Assembly: GCA_965216875.1 (NCBI GenBank)
Contig: OZ244207.1
Coordinates: 7,168,001 to 7,232,000 of the forward strand
Source of the DNA: Rubripirellula sp.
Lineage (GTDB): Bacteria > Planctomycetota > Planctomycetia > Pirellulales > Pirellulaceae
Direction of reading: 5' to 3'
Length of the DNA: 64,000 bases
Shown one piece after another: positions 47,282 to 56,343 of the stretch; position 1 is the first letter of the stretch, and each line of letters opens with the position of its first letter. The position numbers and the translations under genes were made by a program. The notes beneath the pieces were generated by a model. It was not told the origin of the DNA, did no database searches, and worked only from the letters and a program-made list of their open reading frames with translations.

Positions 47282-49591
47282 TTATTGCACCTTGACCAGG
47301 CCAACAGCATCGACGTGAACCGTGCCACCAGCGTCGTCGCAACTGATGACAACATCGACCTGACCGCCTGTTGGCACCTCGATTTCGGTCACATCAATGA
47401 CATCGCCGGGCGATGGGGTTTGCTGGTCGACTCGGTGCTTGGTGGTCTTGTTACCAACGGTGATCGCAACCGGAGCCGACTTTGCACGGTTCTCATGCGC
47501 CTGGCTGTAGAGACGCACATTGTAGCGTCCGCCGTCGTTCACTTTGAACTTGAAGGTCGCGGTAGCGTCGCTGCCGGCAGAGGCGTAGCGATAGCCGTAG
47601 CCGACGTAGTTTTTCAAGCCGGTCCCGCCGCTCCAGGTGCCCGTCAGTTTGGCGCCGCGATCATCGATCACGATACCATCGAGGTCTTTCGGCCGCTTGC
47701 CGGTCATGGGGCCATGCGAACCGGCCAATTCCATCGCGTCATCTGGAATCACAATTTTGTCCGAAGGTGTTGTTCGGCGCGCCTTGCCGGGCAAGTGCAG
47801 AAGCTCGATCAACTCGTCGAGGTGGGCTTCGTAGATGTCACGGGGTTGGCAATCGTGAAGCGTGCAAAGCGAGGCGGCTTTGCCGACGACTTCGCCCATC
47901 ATGCCACACGTTTTCATGACGCGCACCGTGCCGAGGGCTTCGTGCGTGACGCTTGCACATCGACCCGCCATGAACAGGTTCTCGATGTTGCGGCTGTAGA
48001 AGCAACGGTACGGAACGGGATAGCCATACATCCGGTCCACGTTTCGATTGTGAATCGCAATCGAGATGAAAGGATTGTCGGGATACGAGTGCTTGTATTG
48101 CTCTTTGGGATAGTGCAAATCAATCGACCAGGTACTGGGCACACACCCGTCTGGGAAGTCACGTTTGTTGACAATGTCTTCTTCGGTAAGGACGACATCG
48201 CCCATCAGGCGTCGACTTTCACGCGGTCCACCCACGTAGGCGACCCAAGTCAATTCGGCCGTTTTATGATCGGCAGCGCCGTCACGATTCTTCATCGCAT
48301 TGAACGCGCCATAGACGGCTCGCAAGTTCCAGTCTCGAATGCCTTCGGCGTCGCCGAGCGCATCCTTGTCGTACCCGCTTTCCCAGAACCATTGACCGTG
48401 ATGATCACGTGGGTATGGGAAATCGGCCATTTTCAAATCGAGTGCCCAGGGGGTCTCGGGGAAGGCGACCGTTTCTTCGCCTTCGCCCCAGGCCCACATG
48501 TTGCTCATGCCCATTCGGCCCTTTGCCGTCATGTCCGAATCGGCGCCGGCCCAACTGCCGACCCAGGCGTGTCCGGTGCAATCGGCAAACAGGTTGCCTT
48601 GGATGCGAACCTCTTCCGCAGTCCGCGTGTTGAGCGCTTTGACGGCAGCGATCTTCGAGCCGTCCATCTCGACTGCGAATGCATGATGGTTGAGCATCAA
48701 GTCGATGTTGCCTTCGGCTCGCACGACCTGTTCTTTCAACGCATCGCCAAACTCTTCGTAGGTACCGGGCGATTTTGAGGCATGGTCACAAAACTCTTCA
48801 ATGATCTCGCCAATCCGCGGGTACTTGCCTCGACGGATGTTGCCCATCGCCCAAACGCGGACTTCACTCGAACCGTTGCCGCCAAGAACGCCACGGTCTT
48901 GGACGAGGGCCACGTTGCAACCCATGCGTGCTGCCGAGATCGCCGAGCCCATTCCGGCGTAGCCACCGCCGATCACAACAAGGTCGTAAGGTCCCTTGGT
49001 CACCGGCTCCGCAGGCAGGCCCAACTTGTCGCGCCGCCAACTCGACAGCACCTTGTCGGCTGGTGGTGGAGCCTGTTCGAGGTCGGAGGTGAAATAGATG
49101 CAGTCACAGCGACCGTCGAAGCCCGTTTCGTCGATCAGACGCAGCGTGTTCTCGCCCGATGCGAGTTCCACCACGCCGCCATCATGCCAGCTCCACTCGG
49201 CTCCCTTGGTGCCAAACGTTTCGTCGAGTGCCTTGCCGTTGACCGACAGTTTGAATCGACCCGGCGATGGCTTGGCATCCCAGCGAGCGACCCAGTCTTT
49301 GGTTCGAACCCAAACTCGGTACTTTCCTTGATTGCTGACCGAGAGGGTGGTCGAGGCATCGGCAACTGGCTTTCCTAGCCCGTGAGCCAGCAGATAGGGC
49401 GACCCCATTTGCTGAATGAATTGAGTATCGAGCTTCCAGCCGCCATGTTCGGCAAAGCTCTCGGCCTCGACCAATAGATCAGCACCCTCAGATGGAGGGG
49501 CCGGCAGAAACAGGGCAGCAATTAGAAGCAGCGGTAGAGTTCGACGCACAGGTTTGAGTCTCAAAACGGGGAGGGAAGGCAAATCAGACAA
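47282..49591 (-). CDS. Secreted FAD-dependent oxidoreductase (FAD_oxidored family) with terminal beta-sandwich/CBM-like domains
   Basis: DLVVIGGGYAG; LGGNGSSE; DCTG; RESRR; NLFMAGRC.S.TH.A.G..RVM; C-terminal IVIDD...GTW. Confidence 0.88.
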   Translation of the reverse strand: MSDLPSLPVLRLKPVRRTLPLLLIAALFLPAPPSEGADLLVEAESFAEHGGWKLDTQFIQQMGSPYLLAHGLGKPVADASTTLSVSNQGKYRVWVRTKDWVARWDAKPSPGRFKLSVNGKALDETFGTKGAEWSWHDGGVVELASGENTLRLIDETGFDGRCDCIYFTSDLEQAPPPADKVLSSWRRDKLGLPAEPVTKGPYDLVVIGGGYAGMGSAISAARMGCNVALVQDRGVLGGNGSSEVRVWAMGNIRRGKYPRIGEIIEEFCDHASKSPGTYEEFGDALKEQVVRAEGNIDLMLNHHAFAVEMDGSKIAAVKALNTRTAEEVRIQGNLFADCTGHAWVGSWAGADSDMTAKGRMGMSNMWAWGEGEETVAFPETPWALDLKMADFPYPRDHHGQWFWESGYDKDALGDAEGIRDWNLRAVYGAFNAMKNRDGAADHKTAELTWVAYVGGPRESRRLMGDVVLTEEDIVNKRDFPDGCVPSTWSIDLHYPKEQYKHSYPDNPFISIAIHNRNVDRMYGYPVPYRCFYSRNIENLFMAGRCASVTHEALGTVRVMKTCGMMGEVVGKAASLCTLHDCQPRDIYEAHLDELIELLHLPGKARRTTPSDKIVIPDDAMELAGSHGPMTGKRPKDLDGIVIDDRGAKLTGTWSGGTGLKNYVGYGYRYASAGSDATATFKFKVNDGGRYNVRLYSQAHENRAKSAPVAITVGNKTTKHRVDQQTPSPGDVIDVTEIEVPTGGQVDVVISCDDAGGTVHVDAVGLVKVQ

Positions 49592-49673
49592 GTTGCCAAC
49601 AGGTTAAGAGAAGTCGAAGCCCAAGTTGGACGTCCAATTTGAGGTTTTGCCCCTTTTTGCTCTCCCTAACAGC

Positions 49674-49909
49674 GTAGCTACGCTCGCCAGAGCGTGGTGA
49701 CCGTGGAGAGCGGTCCCAAGATGAAACCACCTACCCGTGAGCCGAACGCGCTAGCTAGCGTCGGGCCCTGCCAAACGTAGCTACGCTCGCCAGAGCGTGG
49801 TGACCGGAAAGGACCGTGCCGGATCTGCATCGCTGTCGCTCTTTGATCCGGCCTACAAGATCTTGCGACGCGGATCATCAGCCGAAACGCGATAGCGTGC
49901 GGTTCTCAC
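49674..49909. repeat. Composite REP cluster (A, B, A, C, B-like)
   Basis: A 49674-49697 and 49777-49800; B about 49737-49768; C inverted 49817-49856. Confidence 0.85.
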
Positions 49910-49921
49910 GATTGGACTGCT

Positions 49922-50521
49922 CTACCGCACTCCTCGGCGACCATGGTGACTGCGGATCGAATTGAGCAGCTGGAGTGCGGGCGGATAAGACTTCGCCAAC
50001 GCGACAATGCTCGAGGTGGAAACTCGCCATTGTTTGGCAACCAAGCTTGGCTGGCCGCCGGCGGCATGAAGGTCATTCAGCAGCAGTGCGAGCACAGCTG
50101 GCTTCGCCGGATTGGATTCCGCAAGCTTCAGCGGACCTCCGTCGAATTGATCTCGCCATCGAGCTTCCATCGGGTCGCAAGGCGATACTTCGACGCCGAT
50201 TGGTGACGGTGTTCGCAATTCGATCGCCAGTCGGTATCGCATCCGCTGAAACGCGATGGTTCGATTTTCGGCTTGGCTTCGACGCTCGGTTGCTTCGGCC
50301 ACAACGCCCGATGGCTCATGTGTCAGAAACACACCGGAACTCGTTTTGTTGCGGTGTTGTCCACCAGGGCCGCTTCGCTTTTGCGTCCTCAGGCTGCACG
50401 CTTCGTTTAAAGTTTCCGGATCGATCGTCGCGGGATGCGGTGCGTCGACCATGGCGACGGACATTCGCTCGGAAGGCTCAGGAACCTTGGCTGATTTGTC
50501 GCTCGAGTCTTCGTCGCTCAC
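49922..50521 (-). CDS. Short peptide chain release factor-like (GGQ) protein
   Basis: RSGPGGQHRNKTSSGV.LTH.PSG....ATERRSQAENR. Confidence 0.88.
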   Translation of the reverse strand: MSDEDSSDKSAKVPEPSERMSVAMVDAPHPATIDPETLNEACSLRTQKRSGPGGQHRNKTSSGVFLTHEPSGVVAEATERRSQAENRTIAFQRMRYRLAIELRTPSPIGVEVSPCDPMEARWRDQFDGGPLKLAESNPAKPAVLALLLNDLHAAGGQPSLVAKQWRVSTSSIVALAKSYPPALQLLNSIRSHHGRRGVR

Positions 50522-50534
50522 GGAACAAGCCTAC

Positions 50535-52178
50535 TTAGCGTCGTCCGGTTGCGTCTGGCTGGTCAGCAACCTTCGCTTCGGCATCGGGCGAACGACCAAG
50601 CAGGACCAATTTTGCATTTCGGACAAAACGATGCTTGGCCAATCTCGTGGCGCCGGCAAACCTCGCTCGTACTCGGTAGCGACCATCGATGGATTCGACA
50701 CCGAGCACTTCGCCGAGGATCGAAATAGGGGCACCATTGACGAAGTCGTCGACAACAAGCTTTGCCGCCCCGCTTTGCAATGTGGCCTTAGGTCGTTCCG
50801 TCGCTTCGATCCACGCGGTTGCCTCGATCACGTTTCGATCCGAAAGCACTGCGACGATCGTTCCCGCTTCCACACGCTGGCCAACTTGCACGACGATGTT
50901 CTCTACCGTGCCGCTGCTGGAGGCCGACACGGCAAGTTGATTCGCTTCGATTCGGCATGCTGTTAATTCTGCATCGCACAGCTCGACCTCGATTTGCCGC
51001 TCCGCCTGCTGTTGCTCTATAAGTTTCAACTCAATTTCGGCGAGCTGCAAACGGTGTTGTCTCTCCCGCCGCACATCCGAACGTAGCGGCGTTTGGCCAA
51101 TTTCATCCAACAGCCGGCGCGCTTCGTTAACTTCCAATTGAGCTTTTTGAAACTCAAGGGTCATGGGTTGACGTTGCTGTGCGAGTTTCAAACGCAAGCG
51201 TGCGGCTTCAAACTTTGCAGTTGTGGTTTCGTCATGAAGGGTGACGACGAGATCGCCGCGCTCAATCGTTGCGCCCTGCTGGCTGGCAATGGTATCGACC
51301 CAACCGGAAGCGGCCGTCCTGACCGCGATTTCCTTTGGCAAGTGTACGATGCAATCGGTCAGCACGAGTTCTTTGCGGTCCGCGGCAATGGCGGCTCCAA
51401 CCAAATGAGCAGTGCCGTTTTCGGGTATCGCTCGGTCGCTTCCCGAAATCCCACCTGATGGCAAACCGATGAAGTTCGGAGGGGAAGTTTCGGGAACGCC
51501 TTCGTTGGTGTGGTTGCCAAACAAAGCTTGAAAGGCGATCACCAGTCCAATCGCGGCTACCGCAACGATTGCTGGAACCAAACGCCGTAGTCGTTTTGGC
51601 GATGCGGGCGATTCGTGAAGCTGGGTCAGGGCTTGGTCGATCGATGAGGTGAGTACTTCGTCACGCTGTTCTTGATCGGTGGCAGACAAGTATTCACGGG
51701 CGTGTTTGCCGACTTGGCCAAGGAATCGCAAGTAGCCTTGCAGCGTGGCTTTGTTTGCGTCTTGGTCGATGGTGACTTGGATCAAATGCCGAGGCCCAAG
51801 GGGGGCAAGTGCAACGCGATCGCTTTGTCCGGCCAGATTGACGATCATCGGCGTGGCATCGTCGATCACTTGGGCAAACAAGGCTTGATGAGTGTCGTTG
51901 CAACTTGGGACGCTGCCATCAAGTGAACGTACGCCTGAAAAGGTTTGGTTGTGATCGAGCTGGAAGAGATCGACCGATTCCGATCCAAAGGCCTGCGCAA
52001 CCGTCGTTACGAGCCAGCCAAAGAACTGATCGGCCGACTGGTCGGTCTGAGCGATCGACTCGACCTTTCGCACGATGTCTGCGATTTCAGATTGAATCTG
52101 TTCGACAAGCGGATCGACGTCCGCTTGCGATGTTGCCAGCGGCGATGGCTCGGCTTGAGTCGGTTGCTGAGCGTCCAC
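50535..52178 (-). CDS. HlyD/membrane-fusion-like periplasmic adaptor with N-terminal GAF-like domain (start uncertain)
   Basis: Central TM; split lipoyl motifs (ASGWV...GATIERGD / SSSGTV...VGQRVEAG) around a coiled coil. Confidence 0.7.
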   Translation of the reverse strand: MDAQQPTQAEPSPLATSQADVDPLVEQIQSEIADIVRKVESIAQTDQSADQFFGWLVTTVAQAFGSESVDLFQLDHNQTFSGVRSLDGSVPSCNDTHQALFAQVIDDATPMIVNLAGQSDRVALAPLGPRHLIQVTIDQDANKATLQGYLRFLGQVGKHAREYLSATDQEQRDEVLTSSIDQALTQLHESPASPKRLRRLVPAIVAVAAIGLVIAFQALFGNHTNEGVPETSPPNFIGLPSGGISGSDRAIPENGTAHLVGAAIAADRKELVLTDCIVHLPKEIAVRTAASGWVDTIASQQGATIERGDLVVTLHDETTTAKFEAARLRLKLAQQRQPMTLEFQKAQLEVNEARRLLDEIGQTPLRSDVRRERQHRLQLAEIELKLIEQQQAERQIEVELCDAELTACRIEANQLAVSASSSGTVENIVVQVGQRVEAGTIVAVLSDRNVIEATAWIEATERPKATLQSGAAKLVVDDFVNGAPISILGEVLGVESIDGRYRVRARFAGATRLAKHRFVRNAKLVLLGRSPDAEAKVADQPDATGRR

Positions 52179-52545
52179 TGGTCGACGTCCGCAGGCAAAA
52201 AGGATCTCGAGAGGCCTTTCGAGTGGCGAGATCTCCACCACGCGAGGCCAGGAAAACGAGTTAGAGGTATCAAAACGACGGTTTTTTGCACAACCGAGGT
52301 TTCTTAAGGTGAATGCAAGCAACACGCTGGTTTTCCGGTCGGATCGACCCGGTTTGCGTGGCGCAAAAGACGTTCAATCGGGGCAAAATGCCAGCAATTC
52401 GGCCACAAGCGAATCTCCCGGTAGGTGAAATCTGCCTGATCGTGCACAATCATGAGCCAGGGAGCCCCGATCCTCCATCAAGAGCCAGATCAGCATCACG
52501 GATAACGATCGGTATCAGGGAAGAAACATCTGACGGTAACCAGAA

Positions 52546-53643
52546 ATGACCATGGTGAAAGAAGCGGAATCGACGACCCAACGCCACGGCCGCCAGACGG
52601 CCGCGCATCACAATCGGCATCGCGACGAGGTCGAGGCAACGCGTCAAGCCAAGGGTTGGAAAGGGGTCTTTCTGATCTATGGACTGATGGCGGTCGGTTT
52701 GATTCTCATCCTTTTCTTTGGTTGGTCGGATCGAGGCGGCACGGCCGGGGCAGACCTGAAGCCAGCCGTCGGCGCGATCCCAGCGAAGTATGATCCGGGC
52801 CGGGCGATGGATTATTTGATCAAGCTTTGCGACATCGGGCCTCGGCCTTCAGGTTCCCAAGCGATGGTGCGTCAGCAGGAGATGCTGAAAGAATTCTTCG
52901 TCGGGCGTGGTGCCGAAGTCACGATGCAAACGTTCGAAGTGCGTCACCCTGAAGACGGTTCCGCTGTGCCGATGGCAAACTTGATCGCATCCTGGCACCC
53001 TAATCGCCCGAAGCGCTTCCTGCTTTGTGCGCACTACGACACGCGACCCTTTCCCGATCGCGATCCGCTTCGCCCACGCGGTGTCTTTGTCGGCGCGAAC
53101 GACGGTGCCAGTGGCACCGCAGCATTGATGGAACTGTCACACAGTCTTTCCGATTTGCCGCCTGACGTCGGAGTCGACATCGTACTTTTTGATGGTGAAG
53201 AGTTTGTTTTCCAACAAGGACGCGACGACTACTTTTTGGGGTCGACCTTCTTCGCCAACAAGTACGTCGCCTCACCACCAGCTGTGCCCTATCGCGGCGG
53301 AATCCTGCTCGACATGATTGGTGATCGCGAGTTGAGGATTTACTACGAAAAAAACAGTTTGCGATTTGCGGGCAAGATGAATCGAAGCATCTGGAAAACC
53401 GCCGACCGTCTTGGCGTGAAAGCGTTTGTCAATCGCTCGAAATATGAGATTGATGATGACCACATTCCGCTAAACAAAGTCGGCCGCATTCCAACGATCG
53501 ACATCATCGACTTCGATTATCCACGTAGTGGCTTCGGCGCGCCCAACTATTGGCACACGGAAAAGGATGTGCCAGAGAATTGCAGTGGCGAGTCGATGGC
53601 AGCCGTCGTTTGGGTCGTTCACCAATGGCTCAAGGAGCAGTAG
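52546..53643 (+). CDS. M28 family metallopeptidase / glutaminyl cyclase-like protein
   Basis: AHYDTR; GANDGASG; FDGEE; LLDMIGD; DDHIP; WHT..D; N-terminal TM. Confidence 0.92.
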   Translation: MTMVKEAESTTQRHGRQTAAHHNRHRDEVEATRQAKGWKGVFLIYGLMAVGLILILFFGWSDRGGTAGADLKPAVGAIPAKYDPGRAMDYLIKLCDIGPRPSGSQAMVRQQEMLKEFFVGRGAEVTMQTFEVRHPEDGSAVPMANLIASWHPNRPKRFLLCAHYDTRPFPDRDPLRPRGVFVGANDGASGTAALMELSHSLSDLPPDVGVDIVLFDGEEFVFQQGRDDYFLGSTFFANKYVASPPAVPYRGGILLDMIGDRELRIYYEKNSLRFAGKMNRSIWKTADRLGVKAFVNRSKYEIDDDHIPLNKVGRIPTIDIIDFDYPRSGFGAPNYWHTEKDVPENCSGESMAAVVWVVHQWLKEQ

Positions 53644-53650
53644 GCCGGAG

Positions 53651-54019
53651 ATGGTAGCTTCGCACTTGATGCTTGGATTCGGATTGATCGCGCTGTCGTA
53701 TTGGCTTGATCGCAGCGTCAATAGCGGCTTTGAAGATCGCACCGATGGCAGTGAGATCGACCAGCAGTATTTTGCCTCGCGTCACCGCCGTCGCCGCCGT
53801 GTCAATTTCATCTTGGGACTTTGCGGCGTTTTGATTGTGATCGCCGGCGTCGGCGAACCACGCATCTTTATTGGCTGCTGGTTGCTTGTGACGATCGCAT
53901 TGATGGCTGTCGTTTTTCTCGCTGCGATCGATGTACTGCGAACGCAACGTTATCACGACCAGAAGCTGCCCGAGATCCGCCGTCGAATGCTCGAAGGCGA
54001 CAAACGTAAAGACGGCTGA
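53651..54019 (+). CDS. Small three-TM hypothetical membrane protein
   Basis: Three hydrophobic segments and an RHRRRRR loop; starts 7 nt after the M28 stop. Confidence 0.75.
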   Translation: MVASHLMLGFGLIALSYWLDRSVNSGFEDRTDGSEIDQQYFASRHRRRRRVNFILGLCGVLIVIAGVGEPRIFIGCWLLVTIALMAVVFLAAIDVLRTQRYHDQKLPEIRRRMLEGDKRKDG

Positions 54020-54037
54020 TGAAGCGGAGAGGAACAT

Positions 54038-54105
54038 AGTCGCCTTTTGCTCCGCAAAAGTTGCGTTTGCGTGCGCTACTTTCGCGGAGCGAAAGGCGAC
54101 ATTCC
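54038..54105. repeat. Inverted pair of REP-like family F
   Basis: gtcgccttttgctccgcaaaagttgc ... gctactttcgcggagcgaaaggcgac, between convergent genes. Confidence 0.8.
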
Positions 54106-54122
54106 CACGATCGCGTGCGCGA

Positions 54123-55031
54123 CTAAAAGAGCTCGACTTCGCCCGATTCTCGGAAGCACCTGCCGTCGTCACCCACATCGGCTTGAAGCTCCGAGAGTGA
54201 TCGGAAGTCAGGCGATTCGCCGCAAATGATGCGGTGCATTTGTTGCACGTCGTGCTGCATGCGAAGCAACCCTTGGCTAACGGGATCTTGGAAGGCCAAG
54301 TGCGATAGCGTTTGATTCGAACAATCGAGGATTTGGTTGTTCTTGGTTTCGACGTGGTCCAGAACGACCTTGAGCGAGTCGGTTAATTCATCCGTTTTGC
54401 TGCTGACGACTTCCATTTCCTCGTCGAACTGGTTCGACATCGTATCCATTTGCTCTTCAATCACCGCCGTCTGCTCATGCATGCGTGGCATGGCGTCAAG
54501 AAAGATGGCGACCGAGCCTTTGATTTTGTCTGCGGCTTCACTGACCGCATGCGAGAACGCCTGGACCTGTTGGCCGAGAGCGGTGAACCCGCTTCCCTTG
54601 TCACCCAGACGTGCCGCTTCAATGCGGAGGTTGATGGCGAGCACTTGGCTCGTTTTGGTCAATTCCGAAACTTCGCTGGCGGATTGTTGGATGGTTGCAC
54701 ACGCAACACTTGCTTGACTTGCAAGGTCGCGGTGTTGATGAAAGAACTCGCGTGTTTGGTCGATAAAACCAGTGACGATATCGAGTTGGCGATGAACCAA
54801 ATCGCTGATCGAATCGGAGTCTTCACCTTCATCGCCAGATTGACCAACCGCTTCGGCCAGCGAGGATTTGACCTCTTGGTTGCCCTCGGTTGCCGTGCGC
54901 ACGATTTGCGTCAGCAGTTCGCCAATTTTCAGCGCTGCCTCTTCAGTCGAATGCCGCATCTCGTCCATCTCTGACGTGATGCGTTCGGTCACTTCGCCGC
55001 TCAGTTCGATGTCTTGAGGTGTGTGTTCCAT
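54123..55031 (-). CDS. Soluble degenerate methyl-accepting chemotaxis-like protein
   Basis: Tip-like SQVLAINLRIEAARLGDKGSGFTALG; C-terminal LAFQDPVSQ and GEVELF; no TM or sensor domain. Confidence 0.8.
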   Translation of the reverse strand: MEHTPQDIELSGEVTERITSEMDEMRHSTEEAALKIGELLTQIVRTATEGNQEVKSSLAEAVGQSGDEGEDSDSISDLVHRQLDIVTGFIDQTREFFHQHRDLASQASVACATIQQSASEVSELTKTSQVLAINLRIEAARLGDKGSGFTALGQQVQAFSHAVSEAADKIKGSVAIFLDAMPRMHEQTAVIEEQMDTMSNQFDEEMEVVSSKTDELTDSLKVVLDHVETKNNQILDCSNQTLSHLAFQDPVSQGLLRMQHDVQQMHRIICGESPDFRSLSELQADVGDDGRCFRESGEVELF

Positions 55032-55242
55032 GATGTCGCGACCAGTGGTGTGATGATGTTTGTCTTTGATTCGCGCGTGCGATCAAATGATCACCAGCAT
55101 TTGATTGTTTGCTTTGTCTTGATCACTGCGCAGACCGCTGATGCGGCCGCGCGTTTTTTTCTTGATTGGAAGTGTCGCGTCTGGGCAACCGCTAGGGACA
55201 ACGTTCCTAGCTTGGCTGCCCAGCACGCGACCGACCAATGAA

Positions 55243-55611
55243 CTATGCGGCGGTCAATTTCTTGACGGCGCTCACCAGCATTGCTGCGTCAAATGGCTTG
55301 ACGATCCATCCGCTGGCTCCAGCCTTTTTGGCCTTCATGATCAACTCTTTCGCACCTTCGGTGGTCAGCATCACGATGGGCAGGCTCGAGAAACGCGAGT
55401 CGCTTTTGACTTCTTCGACCATTTCGATGCCATTCTTGTTGGGCATGTTCACGTCGCAGACGACGCAATCGATTCCGCCACCACTGATTTTGTTCTTGCC
55501 ATCCACGCCGTCACAGGCTTCGACGACAGTCAAGCCAGCTTGCGTCAATGCAGCGCCAACTTGTTGGCGAACGGTCGCGGAGTCATCAACAACCAGGACT
55601 GTAGCACTCAT
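55243..55611 (-). CDS. cheY: Single-domain response regulator, CheY-like
   Basis: VLVVDDS; CDVNMP; MLTTE; GASGWIVKPF. Confidence 0.88.
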   Translation of the reverse strand: MSATVLVVDDSATVRQQVGAALTQAGLTVVEACDGVDGKNKISGGGIDCVVCDVNMPNKNGIEMVEEVKSDSRFSSLPIVMLTTEGAKELIMKAKKAGASGWIVKPFDAAMLVSAVKKLTAA

Positions 55612-55699
55612 TATTCAATCTCCAGGAAGGAAGGGGTTTTTTGATTTTGGTTTTGATTCTGATAGATGGTGTTCGGTTTGATGTTTTGATGTGCGCTGC

Positions 55700-56203
55700 T
55701 TAGAACAGGCTGATGCTGCCTTCTTCGGCAACGGCAAGTTCCGGGTCACGCACCAAGTTCAAGCACTCGTCAACTTCAAGCTTCAAGACGGCTGTGACGT
55801 AGCAACCGGACCACTTCACGTACCAGTGGCCATCGGTTTCGCCGTCAACATGCAGGTCTTTTCCGCACATCGTGACGGGCAAGCCCATGTTCATCAGGAC
55901 GCCATATTCAGCGATCTTGTTCTTGAACCGTCCGACGAGTTGGTTGCCGAGTTCGCCAAGCCAATCCGAGACGTCATCTTCGTCGCCGGCACCAAGTTGT
56001 TTGGCTGTGGTCGACTCGGCGAGCAATACCGCCGAACCGCGAAAGTGCTGGTCGCCAAAACCAACCGAAGCCGCTTGAGCCGACTCGATGCCGGTCAGCA
56101 ACTCGGTGTGTAGTTCGGGTTGAACGCCCGAATAACATTCGATCAATTCACGCAGCGACGTCTTGAATTCTTCAATCAAGACTTCAGTAGGGTTATTCGT
56201 CAT
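55700..56203 (-). CDS. cheX: CheX-family phosphatase
   Basis: DWLGELGNQLVG (E-x-x-N motif), MGLP; adjacent to cheY. Confidence 0.85.
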   Translation of the reverse strand: MTNNPTEVLIEEFKTSLRELIECYSGVQPELHTELLTGIESAQAASVGFGDQHFRGSAVLLAESTTAKQLGAGDEDDVSDWLGELGNQLVGRFKNKIAEYGVLMNMGLPVTMCGKDLHVDGETDGHWYVKWSGCYVTAVLKLEVDECLNLVRDPELAVAEEGSISLF

Positions 56204-56290
56204 CACGTTGCCCTTTGTTTATGTGGCCAATGTGTTCAGTGGAATGTTGTTCGTTGGGTGGCAACCACCGGGGCTGCCGAGTTGACTCGC

Positions 56291-56322
56291 GGCGTCAGCA
56301 ACCGCAAATCGTTGCTGACGCC
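56291..56322. other. Perfect 12-bp hairpin between the kinase gene and cheX
   Basis: ggcgtcagcaac-cgcaaatc-gttgctgacgcc. Confidence 0.65.
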
Positions 56323-56343
56323 GGAGTCGATTTTTGTCATTGC

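Noticed and set aside
47240..48778. 512-aa plus-strand ORF
   Set aside because: Antisense to the motif-rich FAD oxidoreductase.
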